Shown here piece after piece: positions 41,168 through 49,179 of a stretch of 64,000 bases of DNA; the first letter of the stretch is position 1, and each line of letters opens with the position of its first letter. Below the pieces are notes generated by a model that worked only from the letters and a program-made list of their open reading frames with translations, did not search any database and had not been told where the DNA came from. The DNA is from Clostridia bacterium (lineage in GTDB: Bacteria; Bacillota; Clostridia; Christensenellales; CAG-138): assembly GCA_017545535.1 (NCBI GenBank), contig JAFWMS010000002.1:31116-95115 (forward strand), read 5' to 3'. Position numbers and translations under genes: made by a program.

Positions 41168-41992
41168 TTAAGATTCTTCCGTGACCCAGGGTTCAAATAC
41201 GGATACGACCTGCGCCGCCACACGCGAGCCGATGCGCATGCATTCGTCGATCGGCTCGTTCCTGAGCAGACCGGAGAGGAAGCCAGCGATATAGCTGTCT
41301 CCCGCGCCGACGGTGTTCACGACTTTGCCCGCAGGATAGATCCCGCAAGCGGTCCAGACCTTTCCGTCCCAGGCGAGACTGCCCTTTTCACCGAAGGTGG
41401 CCACGGCGAGCTTCATGCCGCGCTGCACCTTGTCCTGCAGAAACTGCTTCACAAAGGCGTCGGACTCGTCATGACAGGAGAAGAAACCAACGTCAACCCA
41501 GGGCAGCGTCTTCTCGATGATGGGATCACTCAGGCGGTCGCAGTAATCAAAGCTGATGAGAACCGCCGGATTGTGCGTCTTAATCGCGCCGAGCACACCG
41601 TCGGCCTTGCCCCAGAGCGCCGTGTGCACAAGATCGTGCGCCGCGGCAAAGGCGACGTCCTCCTCATCGAATACGATGTGCTCGAGTACGCCCTCCACAT
41701 ATTCGCCGTGTACACGGTCGGTGCCGTTCATATCCATATAGGTGATGGCTGTCGCCCCGTCGCCTATCTTAAGGTGAGACAGATCAAGGCCTTCCTTTTC
41801 CAGGGTCTCGACCATCCAGCGGCCATTGTCGTCGCTGCCAGTGGTGCTGATGATCGCGGTTGGTACGCCGAGCTTGCGCAGATTGACGCCGGTGTCCACC
41901 ACATTGCCGGTCGGGTAGCGCCGATTGAGCGCCTTTCCGTCGATGAAACGATAGACGTCGATGCAGTTGTCTCCGATCATGGCAGCCTTCAT
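41168..41992 (-). CDS. frlD: PfkB-family kinase, FrlD-like, copy 2
   Basis: MKAAMIGDNCIDVY..NTVGAGDSYIAGFLSG. ATG 41992 follows aaggaggc (the ORF extends to 42076). Confidence 0.65.
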   Translation of the reverse strand: MKAAMIGDNCIDVYRFIDGKALNRRYPTGNVVDTGVNLRKLGVPTAIISTTGSDDNGRWMVETLEKEGLDLSHLKIGDGATAITYMDMNGTDRVHGEYVEGVLEHIVFDEEDVAFAAAHDLVHTALWGKADGVLGAIKTHNPAVLISFDYCDRLSDPIIEKTLPWVDVGFFSCHDESDAFVKQFLQDKVQRGMKLAVATFGEKGSLAWDGKVWTACGIYPAGKVVNTVGAGDSYIAGFLSGLLRNEPIDECMRIGSRVAAQVVSVFEPWVTEES

Positions 41993-42231
41993 TGCAACCG
42001 CCTCCTTGACAGATGAGTCACTGTGTTTATTGTACCACTTTCGTCCTATTATAAAAAGGATCGGGCTGTTCGTCAAGAGGAAAAACCGAGTTCGGGGAAC
42101 AATTTTTCGTTCTGTTTGATTGTTTTATCCCGATCCGAAGGGAGAAAATGCCTGAATCTTATACCACTTTCAGCAGGAACGACAGTTTTGATGGTGCAAT
42201 TCCGAGCAAGTAGACGAAAAATATTCAAGCT

Positions 42232-42252
42232 ATTGACAATTTTGGACCAAAA
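42232..42252 (+). promoter_or_regulatory. -35-like TTGACA followed by a 15-bp perfect palindrome ATTTTGGACCAAAAT
   Basis: TTGACA at 42232-42237 and the palindrome at 42238-42252. It lies in the divergent intergenic region between the frlD-like operon (-) and the amidohydrolase operon (+). Confidence 0.45.
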
Positions 42253-42414
42253 TGATAGGCTTAACACAGATATCCGGAAACGCTGTGCGCAGGCGCTCCG
42301 GAAGCTCATTTTCTATTCTCTCTTCTTGTGATGCAAAGCCGGAAGCCGCGCTGCTTATTTAGAAAACGGTGCGGCTTTTGCACTTTTTCACGACAAACAT
42401 CAAAGGAGGACGTC

Positions 42415-43716
42415 ATGAAAGCGGAATTGATTTTGAAATCATCCTGTGTTTTTACCGCAGCCGGTGAGCCGCCCTTTGCCGGCTACGTTGCGCTGGGCGG
42501 CGGTCATATCCTCGCCGTCGGGCACGGGGAACCGGAGAGCGCGCTGATTGGGGACAACTGCCGCATTCTCGACTGCGGCGACGGCACGATCTGTCCCGGC
42601 TTTTTCGACGTGCATTGTTTTTTTACCGGCTATGCTGCGCAGAAGCTCGGTTTGGATGCCGAAAACAGCGCGCAGCAGGACGCCATGCTGCGCGACCGCG
42701 AGCGGATCCTGCCGCTGTTTCGCGACTACATGCGCCTGCTCAACAGCCGCGGTGTCACCTCCGTCAAGGAAATGGGCTTTGACGACTTCCACGGCTTTCC
42801 CGCGCTGCTGGAAGAGCTGGAGAAAAAGGGCGAGCTGACGCTGCGAGTCAGCTTTATGAGCCAGCCTTTCGACAGGCCGCTCGACCTCGCTTTCGGCAAA
42901 GAGATGAGCGCTCGCTTTCACAGCGACTATCTGCGTTTTTCAGGCTATAACCGCATGACCGACGGTTCGATCAGCCAGATGGAGGGCGCTCTCAAACAAG
43001 CATACTGCGGTACGGACTGCCTCTGCGCGATCTCCATCGACTGGGACGCTATCGCCGGGGAACTGCGTACGGCGGACGAGAACGGCTTCCGTTTTTCCCT
43101 CCACGCGCAGGGAGACGCGGCGATCGCAAAGGTACTGGATCTCTATGAGTGCTGCCGCCGCGACGAAAATGGGCGGCTGATCAACCGTCACAGCATCACG
43201 GATCTCGAGTTCAGCGACCCGGAGGATCTTGAGCGCATGGGAGCGCTCGGCGCGATTGCGGAGATCTATCCGCAGATCCAGTCCATCGCTGAGCGGGAGA
43301 GCAAGCTGGCCATGATCCGCGAAAAGATCGGCGAAGAGCGCGGCCGCTTTTACTGGAACCGGCGCAAGATGGCCGACAGCGGCGTTCTCCTGAGCTGCGG
43401 CACCGATCTCCCGCTGCTGATCGATGACATCCCGGAATCCGTCTATCACGCCGTGGGCGGCTTCTTCCCGGAGGGCGGCGAGCCCTTCAACGGACAGAAC
43501 ACGCTTACCGCCGCCGAACTCCTGACGGCATGGACGCGCGGCGGGGCCTACAACCTTTTTTGTGAAGACAAACTCGGTACGCTTGAGGCGGGAAAAAAAG
43601 CGGATATAACGGTCCTCTCGGGTGATCTTTTCGCAGTGCCGCCGTCCGCGGCGCGCACGTTGCGCGTTGTGCTGACACTGCTTGACGGAGAAGAAGTATA
43701 CAATGCGATGAGCTGA
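42415..43716 (+). CDS. Amidohydrolase-3 family protein
   Basis: ATG 42415 follows aaaggagga. An N-terminal beta-sandwich start (MKAELILKSSCVFTA..) is followed by metal-dependent hydrolase layout and the C-terminal GTLEAGKKADITVL. Confidence 0.65.
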   Translation: MKAELILKSSCVFTAAGEPPFAGYVALGGGHILAVGHGEPESALIGDNCRILDCGDGTICPGFFDVHCFFTGYAAQKLGLDAENSAQQDAMLRDRERILPLFRDYMRLLNSRGVTSVKEMGFDDFHGFPALLEELEKKGELTLRVSFMSQPFDRPLDLAFGKEMSARFHSDYLRFSGYNRMTDGSISQMEGALKQAYCGTDCLCAISIDWDAIAGELRTADENGFRFSLHAQGDAAIAKVLDLYECCRRDENGRLINRHSITDLEFSDPEDLERMGALGAIAEIYPQIQSIAERESKLAMIREKIGEERGRFYWNRRKMADSGVLLSCGTDLPLLIDDIPESVYHAVGGFFPEGGEPFNGQNTLTAAELLTAWTRGGAYNLFCEDKLGTLEAGKKADITVLSGDLFAVPPSAARTLRVVLTLLDGEEVYNAMS

Positions 43717-43728
43717 AGGAGAGGTTTT

Positions 43729-44583
43729 ATGAGCCGTATTACCATGCAGGACGTGGCCGTAATGAGTGTGCAGTATGTTCAGCACAGCTTTGACTACTAT
43801 CTGGATTCCATGGAGCGCTGCGGTCTTCGCCGGGTCGATCTCTGGGGCGGAGCGCCGCACTACTGCCGACTCGACTGCTCCTCCGCGGCCGAGGCCGGCA
43901 GCCGCGTTAAAGAGCTGCGGCATCAGATCGAGGATCGGGGGATGCGGGTCGTCATTTACACGCCGGAAACGCTTGGCTATCCCTTCAGCTATTCTGCGCC
44001 GGACACGCGGCTGCGAGGGCGCACGGTCGACTTTATGAAGGCCGCCATGGACGACGCGCTTGGCTTCGGCACAAACCGCGTCTTCCTGAACACAGGCTGC
44101 CACCTGCGCGATCTGCCGCGCGAAGAGGGCTGGAAACGCACGGTCGAGAGCTTCCGCGCACTTGCTGACGAGGCTGAGGCGCGCGGCGTGCTGCTCGTGC
44201 TCGAACAGCTCCAGCCCTATGAGAGCAATCTCGTCATCACGCTCGAGGACATGTCGCGGATGCTGCGGGATGTGGATTCGCCTGCGCTTCGCGTCTGCGT
44301 CGATCTTGTCGCGATGGAGGTGGCCGGGGAGCGGCTGGAGGACTATTGCCAGCGTTTTGGAGAGAAGCTGGAATGGGTGCACTATTCCGACAGCCATCAC
44401 CTGATCCTCGGCGACGGGGATTTCGGCCGTGAGAAGCTGGAGGAGTACGTGCGGATCCTGGAGAAGCACGACTTTGCCAACGGTCTCGATCTCGAGATCA
44501 ACGACTCGATCTACTGGGAGGATCCGCACGAGTCGATCCGCCGCAGCTGCGAGGTGCTTCGCGACTTCCTGCCGGAAGAGTAG
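43729..44583 (+). CDS. Sugar-phosphate isomerase/epimerase (xylose-isomerase-like TIM barrel)
   Basis: 284 aa with LVLEQLQPYESN and HYSDSHH motifs typical of the AP_endonuc_2 fold. Confidence 0.65.
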   Translation: MSRITMQDVAVMSVQYVQHSFDYYLDSMERCGLRRVDLWGGAPHYCRLDCSSAAEAGSRVKELRHQIEDRGMRVVIYTPETLGYPFSYSAPDTRLRGRTVDFMKAAMDDALGFGTNRVFLNTGCHLRDLPREEGWKRTVESFRALADEAEARGVLLVLEQLQPYESNLVITLEDMSRMLRDVDSPALRVCVDLVAMEVAGERLEDYCQRFGEKLEWVHYSDSHHLILGDGDFGREKLEEYVRILEKHDFANGLDLEINDSIYWEDPHESIRRSCEVLRDFLPEE

Positions 44584-44604
44584 AAAAACGCTTTAGGAGG
44601 ATGC

Positions 44605-46002
44605 ATGGCACGTTCCCCCTTTTTTTTGCTGCGCGACCGGGGGATGCAGAGACACATTCTGCGTCTGGCCTGGCCCACCATAACAGAGACCGCGCTGCAG
44701 ACGGTCGTTCAGTATGTGGATACCGCGCAGGTCGGCCAGCTGGGAGCAGCCGCCTCTGCAGCCGTGGGACTGAGCGCCACGACCACCTGGCTTGTTAACG
44801 CGCCGCTCTGGGCGGTTTCGACCGGCATTCTGGCCTGTATCTCTCAGGCCAGAGGCGCAGGAGACCGGGAGAGGATGATAAAAGCCGCAGGGCAGGCCAA
44901 GCTGCTCGTGTGGATACTCGGCGTCGTGATGACGGTGCTGACGCTGTCGATCAGTCCCCATCTCCCGGACTGGCTCGGGGCGGAGACGGCGATCCGGCGG
45001 GACGCGGCGCTGTATTTCGGTATCATCTGCGCGCCCATGCTCTTCCGCGTTTCCGGGATCATCTTTTCCGCTGTCCTGCGTGCCGCGGGAGATACCAAAA
45101 CGCCGATGTGGATTCATCTGGGGATGAACCTGATGAACATCGTGCTCAATACGCTTCTGATCATGCCGACAAGAGAGATTTCCTTTTTCGGCATAGGGCT
45201 GAGGCTTTGGGGCGCGGGCCTCGGCGTTCCCGGCGCGGCGATCGCCACCGCCTCTTCCTTCGTCTTCGGCGGTATCGGAATGTTTCTTGTCGCTTGGCGT
45301 GTTGAGGAATGCCGAAGCGCGCGGGCCGTCTATGACCGTGCGGCCATGCGCGCCTGCCTTTCTATCGGCATGCCGCTGGCGGCCGAGCGTATGATCTCCA
45401 TGTTCGGACAGGTGGTTTTTACGGCGCTGATCGCCCGGCTTGGCATGGTGGCTGTGGCTGCGCATTCGATTGCGATTACCGCCGAGCAGGCATTTTATGT
45501 GCCGGGCTACGGCATGCAGACGGCTGCCTCCACGCTGGCGGGCTTTCATTACGGCGCGGGAGATGAAAAGAGGCTGACGGACTATTCCGCCTCGCTTCTT
45601 CTGCTGGCGGTTATTCTGATGAGCGCGCTGAGCCTTTTCCTGTTTTTGTTTCCCGCGTTTTTCATGCGCATCTTCACGCCGGATGAGGACGTGATCGCGC
45701 TTGGCGCGAGGGTGCTTCGCATTGTCTCGGTGTCCGAACCGTTTTTTGCCGTGGTCATTATTCTCGAGGGTGTCTTCAGTGGGGTGGGTGACGCGCGTGC
45801 GCCGCTGCTGTTCTCGCTCTTTTCCATGTGGGGTGTGAGGCTGTGTCTGACAGCGCTGTGCGTGTTCCGACTCGGTCTCGGCCTGGAGGCCGTCTGGTGC
45901 TGCATGGTCGCGGACAACCTGACGCGGTTTTTCCTGCTGTTCAGCCGCTTTTGCGGCAGACGCTGGAAACGCGGGCTTCCCATTGCCTCCAACAATCTGT
46001 AG
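44605..46002 (+). CDS. MATE-family transporter
   Basis: 465 aa with 12 TM helices. LRLAWPTITETALQTVVQYVDTAQVGQLG is a MATE N-terminal signature. SD taggagga. Confidence 0.8.
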   Translation: MARSPFFLLRDRGMQRHILRLAWPTITETALQTVVQYVDTAQVGQLGAAASAAVGLSATTTWLVNAPLWAVSTGILACISQARGAGDRERMIKAAGQAKLLVWILGVVMTVLTLSISPHLPDWLGAETAIRRDAALYFGIICAPMLFRVSGIIFSAVLRAAGDTKTPMWIHLGMNLMNIVLNTLLIMPTREISFFGIGLRLWGAGLGVPGAAIATASSFVFGGIGMFLVAWRVEECRSARAVYDRAAMRACLSIGMPLAAERMISMFGQVVFTALIARLGMVAVAAHSIAITAEQAFYVPGYGMQTAASTLAGFHYGAGDEKRLTDYSASLLLLAVILMSALSLFLFLFPAFFMRIFTPDEDVIALGARVLRIVSVSEPFFAVVIILEGVFSGVGDARAPLLFSLFSMWGVRLCLTALCVFRLGLGLEAVWCCMVADNLTRFFLLFSRFCGRRWKRGLPIASNNL

Positions 46003-46029
46003 TACAACATAGAAAGGAAGATTATCATC

Positions 46030-46860
46030 ATGCTCTGGACTGAAGAACTCTTCGGCGTCAAAAAACCCATCCTTGCAATGCTGCATCTCGACGCGCTCCC
46101 GGGAGATCCGCGTTTTCGCAGGGGCACTCCGCTCGGCGAGATCGTGGAGCACGCCCGCGCGGATCTGCACGCCCTGCAGGACGGGGGCGTGGACGGGATC
46201 ATCTTCTCTAACGAGTTCAGCTTTCCCTATCAGCGCAAAATGGACATGGTCACGCCCGCCGCGATGGCCTATATCATCGGTGCGCTGCGCAGTGAGATCC
46301 GCGTCCCCTTCGGCGTGGACGCCATCTCCGACGGCGCAGCCTGTCTCGAGCTTGCCGCTGCGGTGGGAGCGAGCTATGTGCGGGGAACCTTCTCCGGCGT
46401 CTATGTAGGAGACGGAGGTCTGTACAACAATGACTTCTCCGCCCTGCTGCGCCGCAAGGCCGCCCTGCCGCTCGACGATCTGAAAATGCTGTACTTCATC
46501 AATCCCGAATCCGATCGCAATCTGGATACGCGGCCGCTGGCGGATATCGCGGCGTCTACGATGTCCAAGGCCGCCCCGGACGGGCTGTGTATCTCGGCCA
46601 ACGCGGCGGGCATGGATGTGGACGAGGAGCTGATCGCGTCGGTCAAGGCCGCAAATCCCGGGGTCGTTGTCCTGTGCAACACCGGCTGCCAGCCGGACAC
46701 CATCGTCCGTAAGCTGCAGGCAGGGGACGCGGCCGTCGTGGGGACCTACTTCAAGGAAAACGGTAAGCTGGAAAACAGCCGCCATGAAAATGTCCGTGTC
46801 GATCTTGAGCGCGTGCGGGAGTTCATGGCAGTGGTTTATCGTTTCCGTGAGACGCTGTGA
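46030..46860 (+). CDS. BtpA/SgcQ-family TIM-barrel protein
   Basis: ELFGVKKPILAMLHLDALPGDPRF..GVDGIIFSNEF is characteristic of BtpA/SgcQ. Confidence 0.7.
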   Translation: MLWTEELFGVKKPILAMLHLDALPGDPRFRRGTPLGEIVEHARADLHALQDGGVDGIIFSNEFSFPYQRKMDMVTPAAMAYIIGALRSEIRVPFGVDAISDGAACLELAAAVGASYVRGTFSGVYVGDGGLYNNDFSALLRRKAALPLDDLKMLYFINPESDRNLDTRPLADIAASTMSKAAPDGLCISANAAGMDVDEELIASVKAANPGVVVLCNTGCQPDTIVRKLQAGDAAVVGTYFKENGKLENSRHENVRVDLERVREFMAVVYRFRETL

Positions 46861-46870
46861 GGTCGGCGCG

Positions 46871-48418
46871 ATGGGAAAAGCTTATTTTGTCGGCATCGAT
46901 ACCGGCACCAATTCCAGCAAGGGCGCTCTCATCGGCGAGCAGGGCGAGATTCTCGCCCTGCACAGCACGGAGCACAGCATGGAAAATCCCCAGCCCGGTT
47001 ACTACGAGCATGACGCCGAGCGCGACTGGTGGGGTGATTTCTGTACGATCAGTCGGGAACTGCTGCGCAAGAGCGGCGTGGACGCGAAGGACGTCAAGGC
47101 TGTCGGGATCAGCGCGCTCGGCGCAGATTGCGTTCCGGTGGACGAACATTGCCGCCCGCTTCGCAAAGCAATCCTCTACGGCATCGACGCGCGGGCCACG
47201 GATGAGATGGCTGAACTGACCGCGCTCTACGGGGAGGAGCAGATCCTGAAATGGTACGGCCGTCCGCTCTGCTCCAGCGACGTGATGCCGAAGATCCTGT
47301 GGATCAAGCGCAGGGAGCCGGAGGTCTACGCCAGGACGCACAAGTTTCTCACGGGATCGAGCTACATTACCGCCAAGCTGACAGGCCGCTATGTCGTGGA
47401 CCGTTTTCTCGGCCTGGCCAGCTTCAATCCGCTGTATGATCCGCAGACACGCAAGCCGGTTCCGGAGTACTGCGCGCCGATCTGCCGACCGGACCAGCTT
47501 GCCGAAATCCTCGAGGCGGCGGAGGTCGCAGGCACCGTGACGGCCGAGGCCGCCGCCGAGACGGGGCTTGCCGAGGGGACGCCGGTCATCACCGGAACGG
47601 ACGATTCGGGCGCCGAGGCGATCAGCTGCGGCGTCGTGGAGAGCGGGAAAATGATGCTGCAGCTGGGCTCGTCAGTCTACATGATCCTCGGCACAGACAG
47701 CCTGATCGACGACGAGCGGCTCTGGCGCGAGGAGTTCATCGTCCCCGGCTTATGCGATATCTCGGCCGGAACCAACACGGCGGGCAGCCTGACCAAATGG
47801 TTCCGCGACGAGCTGTTTCCGGACGCCCTTGCCGCCGAGCGCTCGGGCGGAGAAAACGCCTATCAGCGCATGTTGGAGGGCGTTGCGGAGATCCCGCCCG
47901 GCAGCGAGGGGCTGATCACGCTGCCCTACTTTGCCGGGGAGCGGACGCCGATCAACGACCCCGACGCCCGCGGCGTGCTCTTCGGGCTGACGCTGCAGCA
48001 TACGCGCGCGCATCTCTACCGCAGCGCACTGGAGGCGGTCGGCTTTTCCGTCAATCAGCAGATTCGAATCATGGAATCCCATCCCGAGGCGCGCATCGAC
48101 CGGATCATCGCCGTTGGCGGCGGCGCGCAGAATCCGATTTGGATGCAGATTATCGCCGACATTCTCGGCAAGGAGATCTCAACGCCGCAGGTGACGGTCG
48201 GCGCCTGCTACGGCGATGCGCTGATGGCGGCGCTGGGCGTCTCTTTTCCGGGCTTTGAGAACTATGCCGCGCTGACGCGCTATGTCCGCGCCGGCAGAAC
48301 TTACGCGCCCGATCCGAAAGCGCACGCGGCGTATGAGCAATATCAGGCAGTCTACGACGCGCTGTACGATTCTACAAAGGAACTGGCGCACAAGCTCAGT
48401 TCTTTTGTAAGAGGATAG
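46871..48418 (+). CDS. FGGY-family carbohydrate kinase
   Basis: ATG 46871 lies inside ORF 46667..48418. YFVGIDTGTNSSKGALI.. and ..VGGGAQNPIWMQIIADILG are FGGY signatures. Confidence 0.85.
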   Translation: MGKAYFVGIDTGTNSSKGALIGEQGEILALHSTEHSMENPQPGYYEHDAERDWWGDFCTISRELLRKSGVDAKDVKAVGISALGADCVPVDEHCRPLRKAILYGIDARATDEMAELTALYGEEQILKWYGRPLCSSDVMPKILWIKRREPEVYARTHKFLTGSSYITAKLTGRYVVDRFLGLASFNPLYDPQTRKPVPEYCAPICRPDQLAEILEAAEVAGTVTAEAAAETGLAEGTPVITGTDDSGAEAISCGVVESGKMMLQLGSSVYMILGTDSLIDDERLWREEFIVPGLCDISAGTNTAGSLTKWFRDELFPDALAAERSGGENAYQRMLEGVAEIPPGSEGLITLPYFAGERTPINDPDARGVLFGLTLQHTRAHLYRSALEAVGFSVNQQIRIMESHPEARIDRIIAVGGGAQNPIWMQIIADILGKEISTPQVTVGACYGDALMAALGVSFPGFENYAALTRYVRAGRTYAPDPKAHAAYEQYQAVYDALYDSTKELAHKLSSFVRG

Positions 48419-48711
48419 CATGGAAGAAACAGCACCTTCGTTTTGGAGGACAACCACTGGCTATGCCATTGGGAAAAAGTGCTTTAGCAATGGACAAAAA
48501 GAAAGCTCCCCATTTGAGTAGTTGAATAGTATGCACTCCTGTCGAACCATACATTACATTCTTAGGAGCACATGAAGCATGCGTTAAAAAAGTCAGATAT
48601 TTAGGGACAAATGTTTATTATGAAAAATGAGTGTGTGCCTTTGATGCCGTATAATCATTGCCTCAAAAATACAATCGTTACAGCTGAAATAATGGGTACT
48701 CTTTCAAAAAA

Positions 48712-49020
48712 TGCAGTCAAAAGTGCAGTCAAAACTCTTTGTAGCCCTGTTTTTGTGAAACAGGAAACAGAAAAAAGTCCCTAATTTAGGGACTTTTTTG
48801 GCCTCCCCGGCGGGATTCGAACCCACGGCCTTCCGCTTAGGAGTACTGTATTCGAAGGTAGCTGATAAAGCCAGACAGCGTCTAGGTTTTTTCAAAAAAA
48901 CCACTGAATTAGGTAAAAATAACGTTTGTTCACCATGAGAATTCTGCGAACTCTGCATCAGTTTGCTCACGCATTGTGCAGTCAAAATGCAGTCAAGTGC
49001 AGTCAAAAGTGCAGTCAAAT
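48712..49020 (-). repeat. Module copy 2 (attP-like): 2 direct repeats, AT-rich hairpin, intact-looking tRNA-Arg(CCU) 3' half, conserved spacer, 4 direct repeats
   Basis: TGCAGTCAAAAG/TGCAGTCAAAAC at 48712-48735. Hairpin AAAAAGTCCCTA/TAGGGACTTTTT at ~48770-48798. tRNA half at 48798-48842. TGCAGTCAA(A)n x4 at 48977-49020, all in the same orientation. Confidence 0.7.
48798..48842 (-). other. 3' half of a tRNA-Arg(CCU)-like gene (anticodon loop to CCA), no 5' half
   Basis: The minus strand reads CTCCTAA GCGGA AGGCC GTGGG TTCGAAT CCCGC CGGGGAG G CCA. This gives loop, anticodon-stem 3' strand, variable loop, T-arm, acceptor 3' strand, discriminator and CCA. The upstream sequence cannot form the acceptor, D or anticodon 5' strands. 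Confidence 0.65.
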
Positions 49021-49101
49021 TCAAACCCTCACATATCCTTTCACAGAGCGACTTCCAAGTATGTTTTACTGTTTGTTTTTTCTTCTAGAAGATTAACTGT
49101 A

Positions 49102-49130
49102 TGGACTGTTGCGCCTGTTCCTGATATACT
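49102..49130 (+). promoter_or_regulatory. Promoter of the 1235-aa gene
   Basis: TGGACT at 49102-49107, a 17-nt spacer, then extended -10 TGaTATACT at 49122-49130. SD aaaggagaa precedes ATG 49180. Confidence 0.5.
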
Positions 49131-49179
49131 ATGTTCATCATCCTTCATCTTTGACTATTAGACTGACAAAGGAGAAACT

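Noticed and set aside
48620-48784. 54-aa plus-strand ORF (MKNECVPLMPYNH..AVKSAVKT..).
   Set aside because: It is short, runs through the DNA repeat elements and the hairpin, and has no recognisable motif. It is more likely non-coding att-like DNA.
48798-48900. A complete tRNA, tmRNA or tRNA-like ncRNA gene on the minus strand.
   Set aside because: Only the 3' half from the anticodon loop onward fits. The upstream sequence cannot pair with the acceptor (needs CTCCCCG) or anticodon stem (needs TCCGC). No tmRNA-type 5' GGGG acceptor or tag reading frame was seen. The two copies show no compensatory changes upstream.
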